Below, piece by piece: positions 10,701 to 23,840 of a stretch of DNA of 43,540 nucleotides. This DNA comes from Utricularia gibba (Eukaryota > Plantae > Magnoliophyta). The position numbers were made by a program, and so were the translations under genes. How positions within the stretch are numbered: the first letter of the stretch is position 1; each line of letters begins with the position of its first letter. The notes under the pieces are model-generated. The model did not search any database, was not told where the DNA came from, and worked only from the letters and a program-made list of their open reading frames with translations. Where the stretch lies: assembly GCA_002189035.1 (NCBI GenBank), contig NEEC01000085.1:1-43540 (forward strand). The letters run 5' to 3'.

Positions 10701-13700
10701 TGAAAAACCATTCAGGCAGCCGCCGAAAACCCAACGTTGATAAATGCATCACTTATTTTCCGGGCTACAACTGACTATGGGCCATAGCCCGACCCGACCT
10801 CTGGCCCAATCCCGAAACCCCCCAAGAGCGCCTTCTGAAATATAAAGTAGAGTGTTGAGAAAACCCGTTGGGGTTCTCATGACATCCTAACTAAAGCAAA
10901 TGCATTACGATTTCGTCGAGTACGACCCGATTGGGCTTAGTAGCCAGACCGAATCTCGGGCCCTGACAAAGCTCCCAACTACAGCACCCACCTTAAAACG
11001 GCAAGCTGTTGCTTGAAAAACCATTTAGGCAGCCGCCGAAAACCCATCGTTGATAAATGCATCACTTATTTTCCGGGCTACAACTGACTATTGGCCTGAG
11101 CCCGACCCGACCTCTGGCCCAATCCCGAAACCCTCCGAGGGCGCCTTCTCAAATATATAGCAGAGTGTTGAGAAAACCCATTGGGGTTCTCATGACATCC
11201 TAACTACATCAAATGCGTTACGATTTTCGTCGAGTGCGACCCGATTGGGCTTAGTAGCCAGACCGAATCTCGGGCCGGACAAAGCTCCCAACGACAGCAC
11301 CCGACTTTAAATGGCAAGCTATTGCTTGACAAACCATGTGGGCAGCCGCCGACAACCCAACGTTAATAAATGCATCACTTCTTTTGCCGGGCTACAGCTG
11401 ACTTTGGGCTCAAGCCCGACCCGAATCCGGCCCGATCTCGGTGACCCACAAAAGCGCCTTGTCAAGTGTAAAGCATGCTGTTGAAAAAACCATTTGGGGT
11501 GGTCATGAGATCCTAACTTCAATAAAGGCATCACGATTTACGTCGAATGGGATCGGATTGTGCTGTGAAGTCAGACCGATCCTTGGGTCCGGACGAAGTT
11601 CCCAACAACAGCACCCGCAAAAAAACGACAACTTTTCCTCGAAAAAAGCATGTAGGCAGCCGCCGAAAACCCAACGTTAATAAATGCATCACTTTTTTGG
11701 CCGGGCTACAAATGACTATGGGCCAGAGCGCGACTCGACCATTTGCTCGATACTAGTGCCAGCCTAGAGCGCCTCCTCAAATATAAATCAGGTTGTTGAG
11801 AAAACCATTTGGGGTGCTCATGACATCCTAACTTCAAAAAATGCATCACGATTTTCATCGAGTAGCACCCGATTGGGCTCAGGAGCCAGACCGAACCTTG
11901 GGCCCTTACAAAGCTGCCAACGACAGCACCCGCCTTAAAATGGCAAGCTATTGCTTGAAAAACCATTCAGGCAGCCGCCGAAAACCCAACGTTGATAAAT
12001 GCATCACTTATTTTCCGGGCTACAACTGACTATGGGCCATAGCCCGACCCGACCTCTGGCCCAATCCCGAAACCCCCAAGAGCGCCTTCTGAAATATAAA
12101 GTAGAGTGTTGAGAAAACCCGTTGGGGTTCTCATGACATCCTAACTAAAGCAAATGCATTACGATTTCGTCGAGTACGACCCGATTGGGCTTAGTAGCCA
12201 GACCGAATCTCGGGCCCTGACAAAGCTCCCAACTACAGCACCCACCTTAAAACGGCAAGCTGTTGCTTGAAAAACCATTTAGGCAGCCGCCGAAAACCCA
12301 TCGTTGATAAATGCATCACTTATTTTCCGGGCTACAACTGACTATTGGCCTGAGCCCGACCCGACCTCTGGCCCAATCCCGAAACCCTCCGAGGGCGCCT
12401 TCTCAAATATATAGCAGAGTGTTGAGAAAACCCATTGGGGTTCTCATGACATCCTAACTACATCAAATGCGTTACGATTTTCGTCGAGTGCGACCCGATT
12501 GGGCTTAGTAGCCAGACCGAATCTCGGGCCGGACAAAGCTCCCAACGACAGCACCCGACTTTAAATGGCAAGCTATTGCTTGACAAACCATGTGGGCAGC
12601 CGCCGACAACCCAACGTTAATAAATGCATCACTTCTTTTGCCGGGCTACAGCTGACTTTGGGCTCAAGCCCGACCCGAATCCGGCCCGATCTCGGTGACC
12701 CACAAAAGCGCCTTGTCAAGTGTAAAGCATGCTGTTGAAAAAACCATTTGGGGTGGTCATGAGATCCTAACTTCAATAAAGGCATCACGATTTCGTCGAA
12801 TGGGATCGGATTGTGCTGTGAAGTCAGACCGATCCTTGGGTCCGGACGAAGTTCCCAACAACAGCACCCGCAAAAAAACGACAACTTTTCCTCGAAAAAA
12901 GCATGTAGGCAGCCGCCGAAAACCCAACGTTAATAAATGCATCACTTTTTTGGCCGGGCTACAAATGACTATGGGCCAGAGCGCGACTCGACCATTTGCT
13001 CGATACTAGTGCCAGCCTAGAGCGCCTCCTCAAATATAAATCAGGTTGTTGAGAAAACCATTTGGGGTGCTCATGACATCCTAACTTCAAAAAATGCATC
13101 ACGATTTTCATCGAGTAGCACCCGATTGGGCTCAGGAGCCAGACCGAACCTTGGGCCCTTACAAAGCTGCCAACGACAGCACCCGCCTTAAAATGGCAAG
13201 CTATTGCTTGAAAAACCATTCAGGCAGCCGCCGAAAACCCAACGTTGATAAATGCATCACTTATTTTCCGGGCTACAACTGACTATGGGCCATAGCCCGA
13301 CCCGACCTCTGGCCCAATCCCGAAACCCCCCAAGAGCGCCTTCTGAAATATAAAGTAGAGTGTTGAGAAAACCCGTTGGGGTTCTCATGACATCCTAACT
13401 AAAGCAAATGCATTACGATTTCGTCGAGTACGACCCGATTGGGCTTAGTAGCCAGACCGAATCTCGGGCCCTGACAAAGCTCCCAACTACAGCACCCACC
13501 TTAAAACGGCAAGCTGTTGCTTGAAAAACCATTTAGGCAGCCGCCGAAAACCCATCGTTGATAAATGCATCACTTATTTTCCGGGCTACAACTGACTATT
13601 GGCCTGAGCCCGACCCGACCTCTGGCCCAATCCCGAAACCCTCCGAGGGCGCCTTCTCAAATATATAGCAGAGTGTTGAGAAAACCCATTGGGGTTCTCA

Positions 13701-16700
13701 TGACATCCTAACTACATCAAATGCGTTACGATTTTCGTCGAGTGCGACCCGATTGGGCTTAGTAGCCAGACCGAATCTCGGGCCGGACAAAGCTCCCAAC
13801 GACAGCACCCGACTTTAAATGGCAAGCTATTGCTTGACAAACCATGTGGGCAGCCGCCGACAACCCAACGTTAATAAATGCATCACTTCTTTTGCCGGGC
13901 TACAGCTGACTTTGGGCTCAAGCCCGACCCGAATCCGGCCCGATCTCGGTGACCCACAAAAGCGCCTTGTCAAGTGTAAAGCATGCTGTTGAAAAAACCA
14001 TTTGGGGTGGTCATGAGATCCTAACTTCAATAAAGGCATCACGATTTACGTCGAATGGGATCGGATTGTGCTGTGAAGTCAGACCGATCCTTGGGTCCGG
14101 ACGAAGTTCCCAACAACAGCACCCGCAAAAAAACGACAACTTTTCCTCGAAAAAAGCATGTAGGCAGCCGCCGAAAACCCAACGTTAATAAATGCATCAC
14201 TTTTTTGGCCGGGCTACAAATGACTATGGGCCAGAGCGCGACTCGACCATTTGCTCGATACTAGTGCCAGCCTAGAGCGCCTCCTCAAATATAAATCAGG
14301 TTGTTGAGAAAACCATTTGGGGTGCTCATGACATCCTAACTTCAAAAAATGCATCACGATTTTCATCGAGTAGCACCCGATTGGGCTCAGGAGCCAGACC
14401 GAACCTTGGGCCCTTACAAAGCTGCCAACGACAGCACCCGCCTTAAAATGGCAAGCTATTGCTTGAAAAACCATTCAGGCAGCCGCCGAAAACCCAACGT
14501 TGATAAATGCATCACTTATTTTCCGGGCTACAACTGACTATGGGCCATAGCCCGACCCGACCTCTGGCCCAATCCCGAAACCCCCCAAGAGCGCCTTCTG
14601 AAATATAAAGTAGAGTGTTGAGAAAACCCGTTGGGGTTCTCATGACATCCTAACTAAAGCAAATGCATTACGATTTCGTCGAGTACGACCCGATTGGGCT
14701 TAGTAGCCAGACCGAATCTCGGGCCCTGACAAAGCTCCCAACTACAGCACCCACCTTAAAACGGCAAGCTGTTGCTTGAAAAACCATTTAGGCAGCCGCC
14801 GAAAACCCATCGTTGATAAATGCATCACTTATTTTCCGGGCTACAACTGACTATTGGCCTGAGCCCGACCCGACCTCTGGCCCAATCCCGAAACCCTCCG
14901 AGGGCGCCTTCTCAAATATATAGCAGAGTGTTGAGAAAACCCATTGGGGTTCTCATGACATCCTAACTACATCAAATGCGTTACGATTTTCGTCGAGTGC
15001 GACCCGATTGGGCTTAGTAGCCAGACCGAATCTCGGGCCGGACAAAGCTCCCAACGACAGCACCCGACTTTAAATGGCAAGCTATTGCTTGACAAACCAT
15101 GTGGGCAGCCGCCGACAACCCAACGTTAATAAATGCATCACTTCTTTTGCCGGGCTACAGCTGACTTTGGGCTCAAGCCCGACCCGAATCCGGCCCGATC
15201 TCGGTGACCCACAAAAGCGCCTTGTCAAGTGTAAAGCATGCTGTTGAAAAAACCATTTGGGGTGGTCATGAGATCCTAACTTCAATAAAGGCATCACGAT
15301 TTTCGTCGAATGGGATCGGATTGTGCTGTGAAGTCAGACCGATCCTTGGGTCCGGACGAAGTTCCCAACAACAGCACCCGCAAAAAAACGACAACTTTTC
15401 CTCGAAAAAAGCATGTAGGCAGCCGCCGAAAACCCAACGTTAATAAATGCATCACTTTTTTGGCCGGGCTACAAATGACTATGGGCCAGAGCGCGACTCG
15501 ACCATTTGCTCGATACTAGTGCCAGCCTAGAGCGCCTCCTCAAATATAAATCAGGTTGTTGAGAAAACCATTTGGGGTGCTCATGACATCCTAACTTCAA
15601 AAAATGCATCACGATTTTCATCGAGTAGCACCCGATTGGGCTCAGGAGCCAGACCGAACCTTGGGCCCTTACAAAGCTGCCAACGACAGCACCCGCCTTA
15701 AAATGGCAAGCTATTGCTTGAAAAACCATTCAGGCAGCCGCCGAAAACCCAACGTTGATAAATGCATCACTTATTTTCCGGGCTACAACTGACTATGGGC
15801 CATAGCCCGACCCGACCTCTGGCCCAATCCCGAAACCCCCCAAGAGCGCCTTCTGAAATATAAAGTAGAGTGTTGAGAAAACCCGTTGGGGTTCTCATGA
15901 CATCCTAACTAAAGCAAATGCATTACGATTTCGTCGAGTACGACCCGATTGGGCTTAGTAGCCAGACCGAATCTCGGGCCCTGACAAAGCTCCCAACTAC
16001 AGCACCCACCTTAAAACGGCAAGCTGTTGCTTGAAAAACCATTTAGGCAGCCGCCGAAAACCCATCGTTGATAAATGCATCACTTATTTTCCGGGCTACA
16101 ACTGACTATTGGCCTGAGCCCGACCCGACCTCTGGCCCAATCCCGAAACCCTCCGAGGGCGCCTTCTCAAATATATAGCAGAGTGTTGAGAAAACCCATT
16201 GGGGTTCTCATGACATCCTAACTACATCAAATGCGTTACGATTTTCGTCGAGTGCGACCCGATTGGGCTTAGTAGCCAGACCGAATCTCGGGCCGGACAA
16301 AGCTCCCAACGACAGCACCCGACTTTAAATGGCAAGCTATTGCTTGACAAACCATGTGGGCAGCCGCCGACAACCCAACGTTAATAAATGCATCACTTCT
16401 TTTGCCGGGCTACAGCTGACTTTGGGCTCAAGCCCGACCCGAATCCGGCCCGATCTCGGTGACCCACAAAAGCGCCTTGTCAAGTGTAAAGCATGCTGTT
16501 GAAAAAACCATTTGGGGTGGTCATGAGATCCTAACTTCAATAAAGGCATCACGATTTACGTCGAATGGGATCGGATTGTGCTGTGAAGTCAGACCGATCC
16601 TTGGGTCCGGACGAAGTTCCCAACAACAGCACCCGCAAAAAAACGACAACTTTTCCTCGAAAAAAGCATGTAGGCAGCCGCCGAAAACCCAACGTTAATA

Positions 16701-17563
16701 AATGCATCACTTTTTTGGCCGGGCTACAAATGACTATGGGCCAGAGCGCGACTCGACCATTTGCTCGATACTAGTGCCAGCCTAGAGCGCCTCCTCAAAT
16801 ATAAATCAGGTTGTTGAGAAAACCATTTGGGGTGCTCATGACATCCTAACTTCAAAAAATGCATCACGATTTTCATCGAGTAGCACCCGATTGGGCTCAG
16901 GAGCCAGACCGAACCTTGGGCCCTTACAAAGCTGCCAACGACAGCACCCGCCTTAAAATGGCAAGCTATTGCTTGAAAAACCATTCAGGCAGCCGCCGAA
17001 AACCCAACGTTGATAAATGCATCACTTATTTTCCGGGCTACAACTGACTATGGGCCATAGCCCGACCCGACCTCTGGCCCAATCCCGAAACCCCCAAGAG
17101 CGCCTTCTGAAATATAAAGTAGAGTGTTGAGAAAACCCGTTGGGGTTCTCATGACATCCTAACTAAAGCAAATGCATTACGATTTCGTCGAGTACGACCC
17201 GATTGGGCTTAGTAGCCAGACCGAATCTCGGGCCCTGACAAAGCTCCCAACTACAGCACCCACCTTAAAACGGCAAGCTGTTGCTTGAAAAACCATTTAG
17301 GCAGCCGCCGAAAACCCATCGTTGATAAATGCATCACTTATTTTCCGGGCTACAACTGACTATTGGCCTGAGCCCGACCCGACCTCTGGCCCAATCCCGA
17401 AACCCTCCGAGGGCGCCTTCTCAAATATATAGCAGAGTGTTGAGAAAACCCATTGGGGTTCTCATGACATCCTAACTACATCAAATGCGTTACGATTTTC
17501 GTCGAGTGCGACCCGATTGGGCTTAGTAGCCAGACCGAATCTCGGGCCGGACAAAGCTCCCAA

Positions 17564-17641
17564 CTTTAAATGGCAGGCTTGAATTTTGCCAAACCGTGAA
17601 CCGCCGACCGACAATAACGTTAATAAATGCATCACTTCTCG
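17564..17641. other. Degenerate or scrambled A/B junction following a 13-bp deletion
   Basis: Reads CAACTTTAAATGGCAGGCTTGAATTTTGCCAAACCGTGAACCGCCGACCGACAATAACG instead of the canonical junction. That unit is 1,237 bp. Confidence 0.8.
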
Positions 17642-20090
17642 CCGGGCTACAGCTGACTTTGGGCTCAAGCCCGACCCGAATCCGGCCCGATCTCGGTGAC
17701 CCACAAAAGCGCCTTGTCAAGTGTAAAGCATGCTGTTGAAAAAACCATTTGGGGTGGTCATGAGATCCTAACTTCAATAAAGGCATCACGATTTTCGTCG
17801 AATGGGATCGGATTGTGCTGTGAAGTCAGACCGATCCTTGGGTCCGGACGAAGTTCCCAACAACAGCACCCGCAAAAAAACGACAACTTTTCCTCGAAAA
17901 AAGCATGTAGGCAGCCGCCGAAAACCCAACGTTAATAAATGCATCACTTTTTTGGCCGGGCTACAAATGACTATGGGCCAGAGCGCGACTCGACCATTTG
18001 CTCGATACTAGTGCCAGCCTAGAGCGCCTCCTCAAATATAAATCAGGTTGTTGAGAAAACCATTTGGGGTGCTCATGACATCCTAACTTCAAAAAATGCA
18101 TCACGATTTTCATCGAGTAGCACCCGATTGGGCTCAGGAGCCAGACCGAACCTTGGGCCCTTACAAAGCTGCCAACGACAGCACCCGCCTTAAAATGGCA
18201 AGCTATTGCTTGAAAAACCATTCAGGCAGCCGCCGAAAACCCAACGTTGATAAATGCATCACTTATTTTCCGGGCTACAACTGACTATGGGCCATAGCCC
18301 GACCCGACCTCTGGCCCAATCCCGAAACCCCCAAGAGCGCCTTCTGAAATATAAAGTAGAGTGTTGAGAAAACCCGTTGGGGTTCTCATGACATCCTAAC
18401 TAAAGCAAATGCATTACGATTTCGTCGAGTACGACCCGATTGGGCTTAGTAGCCAGACCGAATCTCGGGCCCTGACAAAGCTCCCAACTACAGCACCCAC
18501 CTTAAAACGGCAAGCTGTTGCTTGAAAAACCATTTAGGCAGCCGCCGAAAACCCATCGTTGATAAATGCATCACTTATTTTCCGGGCTACAACTGACTAT
18601 TGGCCTGAGCCCGACCCGACCTCTGGCCCAATCCCGAAACCCTCCGAGGGCGCCTTCTCAAATATATAGCAGAGTGTTGAGAAAACCCATTGGGGTTCTC
18701 ATGACATCCTAACTACATCAAATGCGTTACGATTTTCGTCGAGTGCGACCCGATTGGGCTTAGTAGCCAGACCGAATCTCGGGCCGGACAAAGCTCCCAA
18801 CTTTAAATGGCAAGCTATTGCTTGACAAACCATGTGGGCAGCCGCCGACAACCCAACGTTAATAAATGCATCACTTCTTTTGCCGGGCTACAGCTGACTT
18901 TGGGCTCAAGCCCGACCCGAATCCGGCCCGATCTCGGTGACCCACAAAAGCGCCTTGTCAAGTGTAAAGCATGCTGTTGAAAAAACCATTTGGGGTGGTC
19001 ATGAGATCCTAACTTCAATAAAGGCATCACGATTTTCGTCGAATGGGATCGGATTGTGCTGTGAAGTCAGACCGATCCTTGGGTCCGGACGAAGTTCCCA
19101 ACAACAGCACCCGCAAAAAAACGACAACTTTTCCTCGAAAAAAGCATGTAGGCAGCCGCCGAAAACCCAACGTTAATAAATGCATCACTTTTTTGGCCGG
19201 GCTACAAATGACTATGGGCCAGAGCGCGACTCGACCATTTGCTCGATACTAGTGCCAGCCTAGAGCGCCTCCTCAAATATAAATCAGGTTGTTGAGAAAA
19301 CCATTTGGGGTGCTCATGACATCCTAACTTCAAAAAATGCATCACGATTTTCATCGAGTAGCACCCGATTGGGCTCAGGAGCCAGACCGAACCTTGGGCC
19401 CTTACAAAGCTGCCAACGACAGCACCCGCCTTAAAATGGCAAGCTATTGCTTGAAAAACCATTCAGGCAGCCGCCGAAAACCCAACGTTGATAAATGCAT
19501 CACTTATTTTCCGGGCTACAACTGACTATGGGCCATAGCCCGACCCGACCTCTGGCCCAATCCCGAAACCCCCAAGAGCGCCTTCTGAAATATAAAGTAG
19601 AGTGTTGAGAAAACCCGTTGGGGTTCTCATGACATCCTAACTAAAGCAAATGCATTACGATTTCGTCGAGTACGACCCGATTGGGCTTAGTAGCCAGACC
19701 GAATCTCGGGCCCTGACAAAGCTCCCAACTACAGCACCCACCTTAAAACGGCAAGCTGTTGCTTGAAAAACCATTTAGGCAGCCGCCGAAAACCCATCGT
19801 TGATAAATGCATCACTTATTTTCCGGGCTACAACTGACTATTGGCCTGAGCCCGACCCGACCTCTGGCCCAATCCCGAAACCCTCCGAGGGCGCCTTCTC
19901 AAATATATAGCAGAGTGTTGAGAAAACCCATTGGGGTTCTCATGACATCCTAACTACATCAAATGCGTTACGATTTTCGTCGAGTGCGACCCGATTGGGC
20001 TTAGTAGCCAGACCGAATCTCGGGCCGGACAAAGCTCCCAACGACAGCACCCGACTTTAAATGGCAAGCTATTGCTTGACAAACCATGTG

Positions 20091-20490
20091 GGGGTGGGCC
20101 GGCAACGTTAATAACGTCCCCGTTGACAAATCTTTTGCCCGGGCTCACAGCACGAATGGGCTCTTTTCTCACGCCCGGTGAATTAAAGAAAACCTTTCAA
20201 AAAGGCATATAGCATCACTTAACTGACTAAAAAATCCCGAAAAAGGCGATGAGACGAATGCGGATCTTCCAGATGTTGTGAAATGTTTGGTTCTCGTGGG
20301 GCAGTGTGAAGTGAACGTTAATAAATCAGAAGTTCATGTACAACAGCAGCCCGCCGAAAAAAAACACTATGGCATCAAAAGTTGTCCGGCATGACTATGT
20401 GGCAACGTTAATAAATGCGCCTTGGAAGTGTATGGTGCTAAAAAACCATTTGGGGTGGTCATGAGATCCTAACTTCAATAAAGCACGACG
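20091..20490. other. Scrambled patch, net about +193 bp, largely a mosaic of short satellite words
   Basis: Marker spacing 19337 to 20784 is 1,447 bp. It contains AACGTTAATAA three times plus GCATCACTT, AATCCCGAAA, TGTGAAGT, CCGCCGAAAA and ATGACTAT. Confidence 0.8.
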
Positions 20491-23400
20491 TCGAATGGGA
20501 TCGGATTGTGCTGTGAAGTCAGACCGCCTTGGGTCCGGACGAAGTTCCCAACAACAGCACCGCAAAAAAACGACAACTTTTCCTCGAAAAAGCATGTAGG
20601 CAGCCGCCGAAAACCCAACGTTAATAAATGCATCACTTTTTTGGCCGGGCTACAAATGACTATGGGCCAGAGCGCGACTCGACCATTTGCTCGATACTAG
20701 TGCCAGCTAGAGCGCCTCCTCAAATATAAATCAGGTTGTTGAGAAAACCATTTGGGGTGCTCATGACATCCTAACTTCAAAAAATGCATCACGATTTTCA
20801 TCGAGTAGCACCCGATTGGGCTCAGGAGCCAGACCGAACCTTGGGCCCTTACAAAGCTGCCAACGACAGCACCCGCCTTAAAATGGCAAGCTATTGCTTG
20901 AAAAACCATTCAGGCAGCCGCCGAAAACCCAACGTTGATAAATGCATCACTTATTTTCCGGGCTACAACTGACTATGGGCCATAGCCCGACCCGACCTCT
21001 GGCCCAATCCCGAAACCCCCCAAGAGCGCCTTCTGAAATAAAAGTAGAGTGTTGAGAAAACCCGTTGGGGTTCTCATGACATCCTAACTAAAGCAAATGC
21101 ATTACGATTTCGTCGAGTACGACCCGATTGGGCTTAGTAGCCAGACCGAATCTCGGGCCCTGACAAAGCTCCCAACTACAGCACCCACCTTAAAACGGCA
21201 AGCTGTTGCTTGAAAAACCATTTAGGCAGCCGCCGAAAACCCATCGTTGATAAATGCATCACTTATTTTCCGGGCTACAACTGACTATTGGCCTGAGCCC
21301 GACCCGACCTCTGGCCCAATCCCGAAACCCTCCGAGGGCGCCTTCTCAAATATATAGCAGAGTGTTGAGAAAACCCATTGGGGTTCTCATGACATCCTAA
21401 CTACATCAAATGCGTTACGATTTTCGTCGAGTGCGACCCGATTGGGCTTAGTAGCCAGACCGAATCTCGGGCCGGACAAAGCTCCCAACGACAGCACCCG
21501 ACTTTAAATGGCAAGCTATTGCTTGACAAACCATGTGGGCAGCCGCCGACAACCCAACGTTAATAAATGCATCACTTCTTTTGCCGGGCTACAGCTGACT
21601 TTGGGCTCAAGCCCGACCCGAATCCGGCCCGATCTCGGTGACCCACAAAAGCGCCTTGTCAAGTGTAAAGCATGCTGTTGAAAAAACCATTTGGGGTGGT
21701 CATGAGATCCTAACTTCAATAAAGGCATCACGATTTTCGTCGAATGGGATCGGATTGTGCTGTGAAGTCAGACCGATCCTTGGGTCCGGACGAAGTTCCC
21801 AACAACAGCACCCGCAAAAAAACGACAACTTTTCCTCGAAAAAAGCATGTAGGCAGCCGCCGAAAACCCAACGTTAATAAATGCATCACTTTTTTGGCCG
21901 GGCTACAAATGACTATGGGCCAGAGCGCGACTCGACCATTTGCTCGATACTAGTGCCAGCCTAGAGCGCCTCCTCAAATATAAATCAGGTTGTTGAGAAA
22001 ACCATTTGGGGTGCTCATGACATCCTAACTTCAAAAAATGCATCACGATTTTCATCGAGTAGCACCCGATTGGGCTCAGGAGCCAGACCGAACCTTGGGC
22101 CCTTACAAAGCTGCCAACGACAGCACCCGCCTTAAAATGGCAAGCTATTGCTTGAAAAACCATTCAGGCAGCCGCCGAAAACCCAACGTTGATAAATGCA
22201 TCACTTATTTTCCGGGCTACAACTGACTATGGGCCATAGCCCGACCCGACCTCTGGCCCAATCCCGAAACCCCCCAAGAGCGCCTTCTGAAATATAAAGT
22301 AGAGTGTTGAGAAAACCCGTTGGGGTTCTCATGACATCCTAACTAAAGCAAATGCATTACGATTTCGTCGAGTACGACCCGATTGGGCTTAGTAGCCAGA
22401 CCGAATCTCGGGCCCTGACAAAGCTCCCAACTACAGCACCCACCTTAAAACGGCAAGCTGTTGCTTGAAAAACCATTTAGGCAGCCGCCGAAAACCCATC
22501 GTTGATAAATGCATCACTTATTTTCCGGGCTACAACTGACTATTGGCCTGAGCCCGACCCGACCTCTGGCCCAATCCCGAAACCCTCCGAGGGCGCCTTC
22601 TCAAATATATAGCAGAGTGTTGAGAAAACCCATTGGGGTTCTCATGACATCCTAACTACATCAAATGCGTTACGATTTTCGTCGAGTGCGACCCGATTGG
22701 GCTTAGTAGCCAGACCGAATCTCGGGCCGGACAAAGCTCCCAACGACAGCACCCGACTTTAAATGGCAAGCTATTGCTTGACAAACCATGTGGGCAGCCG
22801 CCGACAACCCAACGTTAATAAATGCATCACTTCTTTTGCCGGGCTACAGCTGACTTTGGGCTCAAGCCCGACCCGAATCCGGCCCGATCTCGGTGACCCA
22901 CAAAAGCGCCTTGTCAAGTGTAAAGCATGCTGTTGAAAAAACCATTTGGGGTGGTCATGAGATCCTAACTTCAATAAAGGCATCACGATTTACGTCGAAT
23001 GGGATCGGATTGTGCTGTGAAGTCAGACCGATCCTTGGGTCCGGACGAAGTTCCCAACAACAGCACCCGCAAAAAAACGACAACTTTTCCTCGAAAAAAG
23101 CATGTAGGCAGCCGCCGAAAACCCAACGTTAATAAATGCATCACTTTTTTGGCCGGGCTACAAATGACTATGGGCCAGAGCGCGACTCGACCATTTGCTC
23201 GATACTAGTGCCAGCCTAGAGCGCCTCCTCAAATATAAATCAGGTTGTTGAGAAAACCATTTGGGGTGCTCATGACATCCTAACTTCAAAAAATGCATCA
23301 CGATTTTCATCGAGTAGCACCCGATTGGGCTCAGGAGCCAGACCGAACCTTGGGCCCTTACAAAGCTGCCAACGACAGCACCCGCCTTAAAATGGCAAGC

Positions 23401-23638
23401 TATTGCTTGAAAAACCATTCAGGCAGCCGCCGAAAACCCAACGTTGATAAATGCATCACTTATTTTCCGGGCTACAACTGACTATGGGCCATAGCCCGAC
23501 CCGACCTCTGGCCCAATCCCGAAACCCCCCAAGAGCGCCTTCTGAAATATAAAGTAGAGTGTTGAGAAAACCCGTTGGGGTTCTCATGACATCCTAACTA
23601 AAGCAAATGCATTACGATTTCGTCGAGTACGACCCGAT

Positions 23639-23840
23639 CTTGGGGCAAGCTTTGCTTGAATTTTCGTTGATAAATGCAATTGGCCTGAGCCCGACCCGAC
23701 CTCTGGCCAATCCCGAAACCCTCCCGCCTTCTCAAATATATAAGTGTTGAGAAACCCATTGGGGTTCTCATGACATCCTAACTAATCAAATGCGTTACGA
23801 TTTTCGTCGAGTACTACAGCACTCCACAAAGCTTAAGCAA
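23639..23840. other. Extra, heavily gapped D-end/A-front segment, net about +131 bp
   Basis: Marker spacing 23293 to 24679 is 1,386 bp. An A-type first half (TTGGCCTGAG ... ATGCGTTACG) lies inside a D second half. Confidence 0.8.

Larger units (their letters stand above)
2901..17563 (+). repeat. Most homogeneous block: ~11.7 near-identical HOR copies
   Basis: The only differences I saw were the C5/C6 run, a 1-bp loss near 12790 and the A/T variant at ~15301. Confidence 0.9.

Noticed and set aside
15301-15315. CENP-B-box-like TTTCGTCGAATGGGA in the T allele of B
   Set aside because: It resembles YTTCGTTGGAARCGGGA but is 2 bp short and lacks the required CGGG at the right spacing (TTCG-N4-A-N2-CGGG). 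I found no canonical box on either strand by eye.
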